Assembly: GCA_964016885.1 (NCBI GenBank)
Contig: OZ024743.1
Location: forward strand, 307,148,001 to 307,212,000
Direction of reading: 5' to 3'
Length of the DNA: 64,000 nucleotides
From: Eledone cirrhosa
Lineage: Eukaryota
The translations under genes and the position numbers were made by a program. The notes below the pieces were generated by a model. That model saw nothing but the letters and a program-made list of their open reading frames with translations, made no database searches and was not told where the DNA came from. This document shows positions 29,263-42,245 of the stretch, piece by piece. Each line of letters begins with the position of its first letter. Position 1 is the stretch's first letter.

Positions 29263-29315
<53 letters not shown>

Positions 29316-29449
29316 ATACTTTGGGAGGGTCATGTTGCCAATAAGAAACACACGCACCAGTTGCTTTCACTTCAATTTATTATAATAAATTTATAAATTC
29401 ATAAATTTCTGGTTGGTTGGTTCCACAACCAGATAGTTGTTTATATAGT

Positions 29450-29492
29450 GTCAAAGTTCTTTCGTCACACATTCTGTGACCTCTTCAGTGAC
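29450..29492 (-). ncRNA. Type I hammerhead ribozyme in the pLTR
   Basis: gtca-CTGAAGA-g-gtcaca[gaatg]tgtgac-GAAA-gaac-TT-tgac. Confidence 0.75.
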
Positions 29493-29693
29493 TGGGGATT
29501 CCTTTCTTTGTTTCTGTGCCTCTCCTTTGTTCTGTCCTACGCCATTTTGTTTCTGTGTGTGTGTTGTGTGCCCAGTCTGCGCATGCGCCACATCCGGGTG
29601 TCTGTGAGTGTTTATATTCGTTTATTTATTTGTTTATTTACATGTTACCGGTTGGTTGTTTGTTCTATGTGCGTGTGTGTTTTCATTTTGTCC

Positions 29694-31284
29694 TTAATTG
29701 TAAGTTGTGATGTTGCTGTTCCACTCATATTTTGTATTTAATTTTGGTTGTAATTCTTTTATGTTTATTGCCTCTGTGATTTGTCTAAACATTGCGTCTT
29801 TTCTGTGTGTAGATTCTATTTTTATTTCTATGTTCTCTAATTTACCCTTATGTTCTATTTTAGCATGCTGGTAGAGTACAGATGATTCTTTACTATCTTG
29901 AAGGTCACGCCAGTGTTCATTTCTCCGTTCCCCTACACTACGAGCTGTCTCACCTATGTACACTATATTTTTGTTTCTACATTGTCCTTCAGTACATCTT
30001 ATGCTATATACTACATTTCTAGTTTTACAGTTAATATGGGGGCTTATTTTACAGGTTATACATTTCTTATCTATACAGGGGGTCTTTGAAAAGGGTATGT
30101 CTTGCTAATAAGTGTTTTTACGGAGGTACCTGGTCTTTCTACTATCTTAATATTGAGTTTATGTTTATCTAGGGCCCTTCTAAATTTGTAAGCTAATTCA
30201 CCTCTAGGGGTTGTATCGATGAACATTACACTCTGGTATTTATTGCTATCATACCATGAGTTTATTCTATTAGCCTTATTCCTAGTTCTTTCTATTCTAT
30301 TCCAAAATTTGCTCCTATACAAGGGGCAAGTCCCATTTGTGTCATTATTTACCATTTTTTCCCATTTGGTTCTGGCTCCTCTATACACTCTGGTTTTATC
30401 TCTCTGGTTGTAACCAGAGAACTGCATACGGTGGAAGAAGTGTTGTATGTGTCTCTCTAGTTCTTCGGGGTTGCACATGCAGGGCACGTTTCTCATCACC
30501 CGTACCAAATCCGCAATCAGTATGTTGATTTTGGTATGGTCCGAAACAGCTGAGTTTCGGTGGATCAGATGTTTGGAAGTCATAGGTTTGGCATAAGGGG
30601 AATGGAGGATTTGTTTTTTGCTATTAATGGTATCTAACCAGAGCTCTGTGTCTAGTACAGTAATCGATGGTTGGGGTGTTTACTTGGGTAGTCTATAGTA
30701 ACTCTAATACTCTGGTGGATGGAGTTAGCTATTTGCTGGATGCTTTCCATTGTGTTTTTCTCTAGTTCCTGACTGTTCTCTAGTGGGGGTGTCTTAACTA
30801 CGATGTTTATATCATCAACGTAGCGGGAGTACATTATCAGGGTTAAGGGGTCTTCTAATTGTTCTTTAAGTTTAAATTTAAGTCTACTGTCCCACCATAC
30901 CATGAATAAGTTAGCTATGTCGCCTGCAATGCTAACACCAATGGCTGCTCCTTCCTCTTGGGCATATGTTTTTCCATTAAATTTGAACATATGTTCCTTA
31001 AGGGTTAGTTTTATGCTGGCCCCTACCGCATGTGCAATCATTTTCTTCAGTTCATCGTGGTTTTCGGGTGTCCATATGGCTCTGGTCCACCCGTTCCATC
31101 TATCTGTGTGGGTTTTCTTGGCCATTGAGGTAATGGTAGGTGGTCTGCATCTTGCTGGTCTTGTAGGGCACAGGTTGCTAAGGTCATATGTGTCTAGGTA
31201 ATTATTACTATAGGTAAGTTTAAGTAGGAGTCCCAGCTCACTGGTATCAATCCCACGGAACTCAACATTGCTCTCACTGATCAT
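29694..31284 (-). pseudogene. Penelope RT and GIY-YIG ORF, frameshifted
   Basis: Q.EGAAIG, YSRYVDDI, YIGETARS..ER..EH, EA..I....PKLN in three consecutive ORFs. Confidence 0.88.
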
Positions 31285-31485
31285 TTCAAACTATCTGGTT
31301 GTGGAACCAACCAACCAACCAGAAATTTATAAATTCCTAAATTGATAAATTTATTATAATAAATTGAAGTGAAAGCAACTGGTGCGTGTGTTTCTTATTG
31401 GCAACATGACTCTCCCAAAGTATAACAATATCGGTTTCAACACACGTTTTCAGATAAAGAATCTTGCTAAACAAATTCAGAAACG

Positions 31486-31580
<95 letters not shown>

Positions 31581-31649
31581 CAAGGTTTAGCAAATAGAGA
31601 AAAAGTTTAAAAAGTAAATTTTAAAAAGTTGGCTGTACTCACTATATGT

Positions 31650-31733
31650 ACCTTTACCGCGCGGTTTCAAATTCCAAAATAAATGGATAATCCAGGCGGG
31701 CTTCCATTGAGAAGGGGACTCTCGTCAGAAGGT
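31650..31733 (-). ncRNA. Hammerhead ribozyme with branched stem II
   Basis: acctt-CTGACGA-...-GAAA-CCGCGCGG-TA-aaggt; palindromic stem III. Confidence 0.65.
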
Positions 31734-32138
31734 TCTTCTCGCTCGGAGAATATAAAATTCCCGAGTTCAAATCACAAACTGGCGCCATACAAAACTGTTC
31801 TCGGATGAGAGTGAATGAGGAAGGAACCAATTTTGTCTAGTGCCGTGTGTAAGGACTGAAGGCAAGGGCGGACAGGTCAATGTCCTGCCACTAGAAATAG
31901 CAGCAGTTCAAATGACCAAAATGTTATCTCAACCTTAGGGGAGATTAATAATAATAAAGTATGTGTTCCTACGTGTAAAAAATACATATATGGATACAAG
32001 TATTATCCAACCGTATGCCAATGTGATTCTATGGCAGGTTAATAAATTAACGAGCCAGAACATATAAAATCAAGGTTTAGCAAATAGAGAAAAAGTTTTT
32101 TAATAAATTTTAAAAAGTTCGCTGTACTTACTATATGT

Positions 32139-32222
32139 ACCCTTACCGCGCGGTTTCAAATCCCAAAATAAATGGATAATCCAGGCGGATTTTCATTGAG
32201 AAGGGGATTCTCGTCAGAAGGT
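32139..32222 (-). ncRNA. Hammerhead ribozyme, second tandem copy
   Basis: Same core as 31650-31733, with stem I 3' arm agggt. Confidence 0.65.
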
Positions 32223-32884
32223 TCTTCTCGCTCGGAGAATATAAAATTCCCGAGTTCAAATCACAAACTGGCGCCATACAAAACTGTTCCCGGATGATAT
32301 ATATATATATATATGCGTGTGTGTGTGTCTATGTATGCATGCATACAGTGATTCCAACTGTCAGCACTGACATACATTTTGGTTTCTATTACTTCCCTGG
32401 GTAATTGTTTGACTAAATGCTTTGCTTAATTGTTTTATTTAATTTTTTTATGTTATTCTTTCTCTAAGACTTTTTTTAAAGATACTTTTTGAAAGCAAAA
32501 CATTGGCACCTAAAATACTACAGTGGGCTTCTACAATGCTACCGTGGGCCCCATGGGTCCCACTTGCCATTGGGCAACTTGGCAGCCTGGCCAGTTCCAC
32601 CACTCCTGTACACCTGTCACTTCTGGTCACGCTGTATCACACCACAATGACAACACCATACAGCAAGTACACACGCCAGAAACGAATCAACACCACAGCA
32701 CAACCATCCAAATAATCGCTATATACATACATAATATATACATCAGAGTTAAATGTATGTGGGATTAACTAATACACCGTTTCTCAGCCTGGATTCCGAG
32801 GTCCCCGAACTAAGTTAAAATTTCAAGTACTTTGTTTTAAAACAATATATATACACACTATAGTATCCTAAATATAAAAATCTA

Positions 32885-33288
32885 AGTTTCACCTGAAAAG
32901 GAAAATTAGGCTGGAGAGGGAAGTGCTGCCTTTCAATCAGTTTGTTGAAAGGTGAGTGAGAGAAGCAAGAATGGCCCGTGTGAATGGGCCTACTCTGAGC
33001 GTGTGCCTGTAGCATCGTAGGAGGAAAACTGGAAGAGGGCACTTGCCCTAGCGATCAGGGTAACCGTGGCCTTTTTTGTGGGCTTTCTCCACGAGCAATC
33101 CTCGGAAATCTCCCCCCCCCCCCCATTGGGAATTTTTGATTGTTTCTTTTTTGTTACATCCTGTTTTTTTGTTTTTTTTACGCGCCCATTTATATCGTCC
33201 TGTATTGTCCTGGGCTGTCCTTAATGTTATACTTTGCGTCAACCCTCGTGGTTAATAAAGAAAACATTATTATTATTATTATTATTAT
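32885..33288 (+). mobile_element. Tx1-clade 3' fragment
   Basis: Homologous to 38750-39190; ends aataaagaaa-(ATT)n. Confidence 0.8.
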
Positions 33289-33508
33289 TGTTGGTGAAGC
33301 CACACTTCTTATCGCCTCCAGTTTTTTCAACGTTTTACCTCGTTTTCAACCGTTCCAAACCTTTTATTCAAGTTTTAAATTTGATAAAAGTTTAGAAGAA
33401 GTGACCCACCTAATACAAGGGTCCACTCGTAAATAATACGGCACCCCTTTAGGGGGTGTCGTATTCGTATTCGTATTTGTATGAATTTTTTTTTTTTTTA
33501 ATTTCAAC

Positions 33509-34907
33509 ATGGATAATACAAGAAAGAGAGAGAGCGCTGTCAAACAACACAGAGAGAGGGAGACTTTATCAGCATGTCAACAAGACAGCGTTCCAGCGGA
33601 GGTAAATATAAACGAAAATATTACAAAGGAAAAGAAGATTGTTACAGATTTAAAATTAACAAATATTTCTAACACAAACAACACCAACAATAACACCAAC
33701 AACAACACCAACAACAGCACCATCTATAACAACAGCAACAACAAAAATAACAGCGGTAAAGTCGAGAAGGACAATAACAATGACAATAACAACAGCCACA
33801 ACAACAATAATAGTAGGAACAGTATCAACAAAACAACAATAATAACAACAGCCACAATAACAGTAACAACAGCAACAGTATCAACGAAAACAACAACAAC
33901 AACACCAACAACTGTACCAACGAAAACATCAACAATGACATCGATACCTGTAACAGCGATCTCAGTACCACCAGCAGGACCGGTAGCGGCAACAATAGTG
34001 GTGCTGCTGAAAAGAGGACTACTTCTTTTGCAGGTGTCGCCCGAAATATCGAAACAGTGTTATTCACAGAGGAGGAGATGGCGGTCGCAAGAGCCATGGT
34101 GACAAGAAGCACCAATAGAGTCTCCCTGAAACCTCCACTCGATTTTTTCAAGGACCAGCAGCTACGGATGGTGACTTACCGCATCGTAAGCAAAATCTCA
34201 CATCGGGTGGAGAGAGCCACGGAGGCTCAAATCCAAAAGACCTTGGGGGTGCGTCTGGGCACGCAAAAAGTGATCCAGGTCCCACCCGACGTGCCCATAC
34301 CTTGGCTGGCCGCGTCTGTCCTTGCTGGAATCGAGAACAGGACGACTATGCTGCAAGTAGAAAAATAGGGAGAGAGAACTGGTCAGGTATAGGCATGCAA
34401 ATGCTTATACAAACTGACCAGGAATGTATCGACGCTATTCCCGATATCATAGACATCGAGGAAGAACTCCAACTCCCTATAGGTGTAGAAGGAAGACGGC
34501 CAAAATGTTATCTCTGTGGGTCGAAGGGTCACCTCAGGGCCTTTTGCCCGCAGAAGACAGCGAAGAAGAAGGCCCCTCTCCTTCCAATACCTGGTCCGCT
34601 GCGACCAAGAGCAGGGCAGGCAACAAACGCCGAAGCCCCTTCCACGGTGAGTACGAGGGCAACGTCCGTAGCACCCGTACCAAGGCCACGGACAACTAAA
34701 GCAGCATCATCAGTGGCGGCAACACCAATAGCTACATTTGAAGTAGCTACACCAGCAACAAAATTGCCGAAGAGGGCTCCACTACCACCACCAACAGCCG
34801 TGGAGCACATACCCCTCCCAGACGCCACGGAATCCGACATGGAGTTTGAGGCGGGAGTGAAGTGGCAAACGGTCTGCCACAAAGAACAAAAAAGAAAAAA
34901 CCCTTAG
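33509..34907 (+). pseudogene. Tx1 ORF1 (gag-like), frameshifted
   Basis: VEGRRPKCYLCGSKGHLRAFC zinc knuckle; three overlapping ORFs. Confidence 0.75.
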
Positions 34908-35455
34908 ATTCACCCTCCAAAAGCGAAGGCATACAATGAGGGGTAAAGGCAGCAAGGAAACTTGCAGCAACACCACCACCATCACCACCACAAGCACCAC
35001 TGACAACAACAACCACACCACCACCAGCATCACCAAAAACACCAACAACGCAAACACAACAAGACACACAGACCAAACAGCAACAAGAAGAAAACAGCAA
35101 CAAAATCACCCCTCCCCCCAAAAAGTACACAGCCATAAACATGGCAAAAAAAGAACTCATACAATATATAAAGCAGCACACAGACATCACAGAAAAAAAA
35201 CTACTACACCCCACCAACACCAAGAACTCTCCCGACAAACATAAGCATCATCGAAATCTCAATAGAACAGTACAAACCTTTAAAGCAAAAATTCCCCAAC
35301 GCAGTTGGAGACTTCAGAGGGTCGGTTACCAAGAGGATATACACTGACATCCTCTTGGAAACACCCATGACCAGCGAAAGGGACGGTTCTACTGTCCCTT
35401 CACCACACGATCAGAGTAAGTGACCCTTTCTTACTTGCCCCGTTTCCCATCCAAC

Positions 35456-38400
35456 ATGGCCGTACTCAGAATAGGCAGTATAAATGCACGTTGCCTGGGG
35501 TCATCTTGGAAGCAGGGTCACCTGCTCAACGACCTCAGGTCACTAAACATAGATGTGGTGGCCATCAGTGAAACCAGAATCTCCGAAGCACAAGCCTTCG
35601 CACCGATCTTCGGCGGCTACGATGTATACGCATCTCCCAGCCGTCCAGGATCGGGGGGAGGGGTTGCCGTCCTTTTTCGGAGAGGCTTGGATCTCGCCAT
35701 ACGGGCCATCTTCCTAGACCCAGAAGGTAAGTCGGTGGTGCTGGACGTGACCGGCAGCAAAGGCAATGCTTTCAGGCTAGTAGCCGTCTACGCCCAACAG
35801 GGGCAGGACGGCCAGATTTCTTCAGACGTCTAGAGACCTTTCTTGGAACATCCCGCTCTTTAGTGTTAGTGGGCGACCGGAACGGTATCTTGGATGCACG
35901 CTGGGATTGTGTGGGGCTAGTGGATAGGGGAGGAGGGTGCAAGAGCCTCACCAACCTGCTCAGACGTTTTGAACTGTCTGACAGGTATCGACTGGATCAC
36001 CCGAATGTGCCAATGTGGACATGGACAAACTTCACCGGGTCATCCAGATTGTATCTCGATAGGGTATTCTGCAGAGAACTAGATAAGGCTAGTATAAGTT
36101 GTCCACAATTTAAAATAGTCGACTACACAGACCACAAATTTGTGATCTGTGAGATCGACATAGACAGACTTCATAGACAAGGGCCTGGTTACTGGAAGCT
36201 GAACGCGTCTTTCCCGTCTTTCCCGCGCAAAGTCTACAGAGACCGGATTAGCGTATTAGTTAAGCGGGCGTTGACGGGAACGGTCGTCAACAATAGGTGG
36301 TGGTTCGCCCTGAAAAGTGCAATTAAAGTAGAGTCGATTAGGTTTAGCATCGGACTAGTGATAGAGGAAAATAGAGTAGAGGGAGAGCTAGTCAGAAAGC
36401 TAGAAGAGGCGTTTAGGACAGGCATCGCAACCGACGTGCTTGCGGCGAGATTGGCACTCGACCAATTCTTCAACGCAAAACACGAAGGCTGCGTTGTCAG
36501 AGCTAGAGCGCATGCTCTGAAACACGAGGGGACAAAAGCCGTCCAATGGGCTCGGGTGGCAGAGGCGCGACGTGGCAACAAAGCCACAATTCGGTCTTTG
36601 TCTGACCAAAACGGATGCGTGATGCTCGAACCCGAGCGGATGTGTGAAGCTTTTCAGCAGCACTTTGCTGAACTGTTCGGGAGCGGCGGCGGCCCGGATC
36701 GGGGCATGGACTTCAATGCATACCTCGACGGACTGTCTCGGCTCTTGACGACCGCAGCACAGTGTTGCGAAAAGCCAATAACAGCCGGTGAAATACGGGA
36801 AGCGATGGCTAACTGCACAAGGGGTAAATCGCCAGGTTTGGATGGTCTGCCCTACGAGCTTTATGCATTTATGCCAGATTTGTTCGATGACCTCTTGGCA
36901 GACGTCTACTGCAACTGGCAGCAGAACGGGAGCATTCCCAGTTTTGTGAGCCGGGGAGCAGTGGCGCTGCTGAGAAAAGACCCGAACAAGGGGGATGTTA
37001 TCGATAATTTCAGGCCCATAACCCTGCTAAACGCAGAGTTCAAGATTTTGGCTAAGGTGTTAGCAACGAGGTTGGCGCTTGTCGTCAAGGGTCTGGTGGG
37101 AGAGGCGCAGACTTGCGCCATTCCGGACAGATCCATACACGACAACCTCCACCTCATGCGATACATCATAGAGAGGGTGGTTAAGGAACCTGGCACGGGT
37201 GGGGCCCTGATCAACTTGGATCAATCCAAAGCATTCGATAGGGTCGACCATCGGTACCTGGCGGCGGTCCTCGAGGCAGCCGGTTTCGGGCCCGTTTTCA
37301 GAGGTTGGATCGCAGCAATGTACAGCGACATCTGCTCAGTTGTAAGGGTGTACGGTCACCTGTCGCAGCCGTTCAGCATCATGCGCTCAGTCCGCCAGGG
37401 TTGTCCCCTCTCGTCCCTCTTATACGTATTGGCTCTCGAGCCGTTACTGCACAAACTGGGGGCGATGAGGGGCGTCCCACGCGAACTAGGATGTGGGAAA
37501 TCCGAGTCGGCTTACGCTGACGACGTCACCGTGGTGGTGTCGACCACCAGACACGTCCAGATGCTCGGCACCGCTCTCAAGGAATACGAAGCGGTGATAG
37601 GAGCAAAGATAAACCAGGAAAAGTCGGTGGGCTTGCAGCTCGGCACCTGGAGAGGAAAGTCCATGCCGTCCGACAGCGTCGTGGGACGTTGGACGGACGG
37701 ACCGGTTAAATTGCTCGGGGTCTTGTTCGGACCGGACCTCCAGATGGAGAAAAACTGGAACGAGGTGACGAGCAAGGTGGCCTCCCTCACCCAGAAATGG
37801 GCCGAGAGGAAGCTGTCCCTGAAAGGCCGGGCGGAGGTGGCGAATGCGTACATCGCATTCGTCATCTGCTACCGCCTCACCGTCGTCCCTTGCTCCAACC
37901 CAACTCTCACCAAAATGGAGCGCCTCCTCTTCCGCTTTTTGTGGAAGGGGCGCGCTCCCATGGTCAGACGATCCATCTGCTGTCAACACCCGTTGCGTGG
38001 AGGACTGGGCATGCCATGGCTGATGATGCGCAAACATGCGCTGAGGCTGCGACATCTCTGGTGCTTCCTTGATGGTGAACAGGTGTGGTCGCCATTCGCC
38101 AGGCACGTTTTCCCACAGCTCGTCTCCTTGTCGGAGCTGCAGTCCTGGATCAGAAAAAGACCGAGGGATAGCGCTTGGAAACTGGAATGTCTCCAGGCGC
38201 TCACTGCCCTCTGCCAGTTGGGCACCAGTATCGGTGGAACATCCACCTCGGCGTTCTATAGAGGACTAGTGGAGAAGAGCGACGACATTCTCGGAGAGAT
38301 CCTGGGTGTCGAAGAAGATCAGCTGTTTGCTCTCTTCCGGAGAATTTTCAGCCCAGGACCTATGGATAACTTCCAAAAATCCCTGACCTGGCAGTGCTAC

Positions 38401-38862
38401 CGGGGAGCCCTGCCGGTTCGAGATAAGCTCTACGGGCACGGAAGTGCCGTCAGCTGAGCCTGTCAGAGATGCACGCAGAGCGACGAAACCGTCGTGCACG
38501 CACTTGTTCAGTGCCCGAGCATTGCTGACTTGTGGAGCTATGTCGAACAGTTGCTGTCGCGTGTAGGACTGATCCGGTTGTCGACTGAGTCCATTGTGCA
38601 GATGGTCTCGCCGTCTTCCTTCGAGGAAGAAGGGCAGGCGGTTTTCATCTGCCTGGTGGCCATGGCGAATGAGATTGTGTGGTGGACAAGGTTAAAAGGG
38701 TTAAAGACAGATACTTTCCTCTTCGGCGAATCCCTAATTAACTTTTTCAAGTTTCACTTGAAGAGGAAAATCAGGGTGGAGAGGCAAGTGCTGCCTTCTA
38801 GCAAGTTTGTTGAAAGGTGGGTGAATGTAGCGAGAATGGTCCGAGTGAATATACGTCTGTAG
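35456..38862 (+). pseudogene. Tx1 ORF2 (APE endonuclease and RT), one frameshift and one stop
   Basis: SINARCL, ISET, YTDHK, GYWKLN, KSPGLDG, FRPITLLN, KAFDRV, VRQGCPLS, AYADD, C..C...ETVVHALVQC. Confidence 0.9.
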
Positions 38863-39192
38863 TTTGAGAAATGGAAAAATTGAGAGAGGGCGCTTGCCCT
38901 GGTGGTCAGGGTGGCCGTGGTCTTTTGTGTGGTTTTCGCCACGAGTAACCCTCGGAAGTTTCCCCCCTATTCGGGAATTTTTCATTGTTTCAATTTTCAT
39001 TTTTATTGTTTATATATATATATATGTTTCTATGTCCTTTTTTTTCTTTTCTTATATAAATAATAAAAATATTTACACGCGCAAAACCCACATCGTACCG
39101 TCCTGTACCGTCCTGTGCCATCTGTAATGTTTTTCTTGATGTCAGCCCTTGTGGCCAATAAAGAAATCATTATTATTATTATTATTATTATT

Positions 39193-39830
39193 GTTGTTGT
39201 TCTTTGAGTCTCAGTCATTGATGTTATTTAACTGGAAAGTTTGTTGAAATGAATATCAAGCCGCTACCTGCAGCCTCAGATATTCAGGACGTATCGGAGG
39301 GTTCTTGCTGTTCCCAGCAAGCATGCCTTTTGAAGTGTTCCAAAAAGCGGGACTGGACTAATCTTCTTTAACCATCCTTGGAAACTCTTTGAGATAGTAC
39401 CTAGTGCGCCTATGACAATCGAGACGTCCTTGATTTCATGGCAGTTCCAAATCCCTTTTAAATCCCACTTTAAGTCCTGGTATCGGTTAATTTTCTCCCT
39501 CTCCTTTTCTTGCACTCTCGTGTCAAATGGGCAGGCTACATCTACAATCAGACACGATCTTTTTTCCTTGTCCAAAACCACCAGGTCAGGCCTATTGTGT
39601 TCCAGTTTCTTGTCCGTCTGTATCCTAAAATCCCATAACACCTTCACCTGATCGTTTTCTATCACCGACTCTGGCTTATGCTCATACCACTTCTCAGAAT
39701 GTGGTAAATTGTTTCCTTTGCATAGATGCCAGTGGATCACCCTGCCTATCACATCATGTATCCAGCCTTTATAGTGAGTCTGGGCTAGGTGTTTACACTC
39801 GGATACAATGTGAGCCACAGTCTCCTCTCT
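39193..39830 (-). mobile_element. R4/Dong-clade non-LTR 3' fragment (RLE domain, ORF 39276-39830)
   Basis: ETVAHIVSEC, LWDFRIQTD, NRPDLV, IVDVACPFD, IVIGALG, LQKACLLGTA; (TAA)n tail. Confidence 0.85.
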
Positions 39831-41011
39831 CTCCCCATCTGCTGTCAACACCCGCTACGTGGAGGGCTGGGCATGCTGTGGCTGATGATGCGCAGACACG
39901 CGCTCAGGCTACGACATCTCCACCTGTTCCTCGACGGTGATCAGGTGTGGCCGCCGTTTGCTAGACGCGTCTTTCTCCAGCTCGTCTCCTTGACGGAGCT
40001 GCAGTCCTGGGTCAAGCGAAGACCGAGAGGGAGTGCTTGGAGACTGGAATTTCTTCAGGCGCTCACTGCCCTCGACCAGTCGGGCAATGTGATCGGTGGA
40101 AACTCCACCTTGGCGTTCTATAGAGGATTAGTGGAGGGGAAGAGCGACGACGTACTTGGGGAAACTCTAGGCGTCAACGAAAATCAACTAGCCAATCTCT
40201 TCGGAAGGACTTTCGGGCCGGGGCCCATGGACAACTTCCAGAAATCCCTGGCCTGGCAGTGTTACCGAGGAGCTTTGCCAGTTCGGGATAAACTCTACAG
40301 GCATGGAGGTGCCGTCAGCTGGGCATGTCCGAGATGCGCGCAGGGCGACGAAACCGTCCTGCACGCAATCGTCCAGTGTCCGAGCATTGCTGACTTGTGG
40401 GTTTATGTCGAACACCTGCTGTCGCGTGTAGGGCGGATCCAGCTACCAGCTGAATCCATCGTGAGGATTGCCCCGCCCCCTTCCTTTAGCCGGGAAGGGC
40501 AGGCAATTTTTATCTGTCTGGTGGCCATGGCGAAAAAGATAGTATGGTGGACGCGTTTGAAAGGGCTGAAGACGAGCACTTACCTCTTCGGTGATGCCCT
40601 GATTGACTTTTTCAAATTTCATTTGAAAAGGAAAATCAGGGTAGAAATGCTCTCTTCCCAGCATTTTGTTGAAAGATGGGTGAGAGAGGCAAGAATGGCC
40701 CGTGTGAATGGGCCTACTCTGAGTATGTGCCTGTAAATTGAAGGTGGAAAACTGGGAGAGGGCACTTGCCCTGGTGGTTAGGGTCACCGTGGCTTTTTTT
40801 TAATGGGCTTTCTCCACGAATATCCCTCGGAAGTCTCCCCCCTATTGGGGAATTTTTCATTGTTTCTTTTTTTTTGTTACATCCTCTGTTTTTTGTTTTT
40901 TTACACGCAGAAATGCGCATTTGTACCGTCCTGTATTGTCCTGTACTGTCCTTAATGTCTACTTTATGTAAACCCTTGTGGTTAATAAAGAAAGCAATAT
41001 TATTATTATTA
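39826..41011 (+). mobile_element. 5'-truncated Tx1-clade copy
   Basis: ORF homologous to the ORF2 C-terminus (CPRC...HAIVQC); (ATT)n tail. Confidence 0.88.
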
Positions 41012-41012
41012 T

Positions 41013-41445
41013 AGGGCGGTGAATTGGCAGTACTGGTAGAGTGTCAGACATGCTTTCCAGCGTAGTTACGTCCCTTTACGATCTGAGTTCAAATCCCGCC
41101 GAGGTTAACTTTGCCTTTCATCCTTACGGGGTCGATAAAATAAAGTACCAGTAATGTACTGGATAATTGCTGGCCTTGTGCCAAAAGTAGAAACAATTAT
41201 TATTATTAGTATTATCAGGACGGTGGATTGGCAAAATGGGTAGGGCGTCGGACAGCATGTTTTGTGACATGGAGTTACCTCCCTTTACGTTCTGAGTTCA
41301 AATCCCGCCTAGGTTAGCTTTGCCTTCATCCTTACGAGAGAGACAATAAAGTAAAGAATCAGTAATGCATTAATCGACTTTCCCCTTACCCCTTACCCCT
41401 TTCCCTTCAAATTGCTGGCCTTGTGCATAATAGAGAAACCATTAT
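41013..41445 (+). mobile_element. Two tandem tRNA-derived SINEs
   Basis: ggcggtga.tggcag A-box, gagttcaaatccc B-box, gcctttcatcc..ggggtcgataaa central domain, ttgctggccttgtgc tail. Confidence 0.85.
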
Positions 41446-41959
41446 CATTTAGGAGAGTAGCTTCGCTAAACAGGGAGTCCATCGAAAATTTTAATTTACC
41501 CTTTTTGATACCAACGACCCCTGGTTCCACAGTATAAAACATCAGCTTAGTATAAAACTTTAAATTACTGATTCTTTTCACAGTTGTGGTTATTTTTAAA
41601 TTTTACTTCAAAATCATAGGTAATGTCTTTCATTAGAAATATGGTAGCGATCTGCCTGAAACCACTCCCTTGGTTCTAGGATGCAAAACTTTATTTTGAA
41701 ATGTTTATATTAATCCAAAAAAACTTCCATCATAATTTTAAACAGGAACCTTCATTAAGTTATTCTCCAAACACAAGCTTAATAATGAAAAAGTTAATTA
41801 CAATAATAAATCCCTAAATTCTTGATTATTTTCAAAATGGCTTGAAAATGGTTTGAAAATCATTTCGTTAGAAATGTGGTTAAATAAAAGAGATCCTTGG
41901 TATTGAAAGGTTGGATGTGGGGACCACTTAACTAGTATTAATTACGTTAATATAATGCT

Positions 41960-42245
41960 TTCTAATTTAGACACAAGGCCAATAATTTCGGGGCAGGGAG
42001 GGGAAAGTCAATTAAATCGATCCCAGTGCATTATTAGTACTTTATATTTCTCGACCCCGTAAGGATGGAAGGCAAATATTATTTGAGGGTCGGACATGCT
42101 TACCAGCATAGTTACGTCCCTTTACGATCTGAGTTCAAATCCCGTCGAGGTTAACTTTGCCTTTCATCCTTATGGGGTCGATAAAATAAAGTACCAGTAA
42201 TGTACTGTCTAATTGCTGGCCTCGTGCCAAAAGTAGAAACAACTA
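41960..42245. mobile_element. Two SINE fragments in opposite orientations
   Basis: Same family as 41013; minus strand 41960-42075, plus strand 42085-42245. Confidence 0.75.

Larger units (their letters stand above)
29311..31430 (-). mobile_element. 5'-truncated Penelope-like retroelement with inverted pLTR end
   Basis: RT plus GIY-YIG coding region; pLTR 29311-29690; inverted pLTR terminus 31290-31430; (TA)n flanks. Confidence 0.88.
31576..32297 (-). mobile_element. 490-bp retrozyme-like unit, 1.5 tandem copies between (TA)n tracts
   Basis: 31581 recurs at 32071; each copy has a hammerhead core. Confidence 0.78.
33289..39192 (+). mobile_element. Near full-length L1/Tx1-clade non-LTR retrotransposon
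   Basis: ORF1 with a CCHC knuckle; ORF2 APE-RT-zinc finger; AATAAA and an (ATT)n tail. Confidence 0.9.

Noticed and set aside
41013-41100. tRNA gene
   Set aside because: The A/B boxes belong to SINE heads; there is no cloverleaf.
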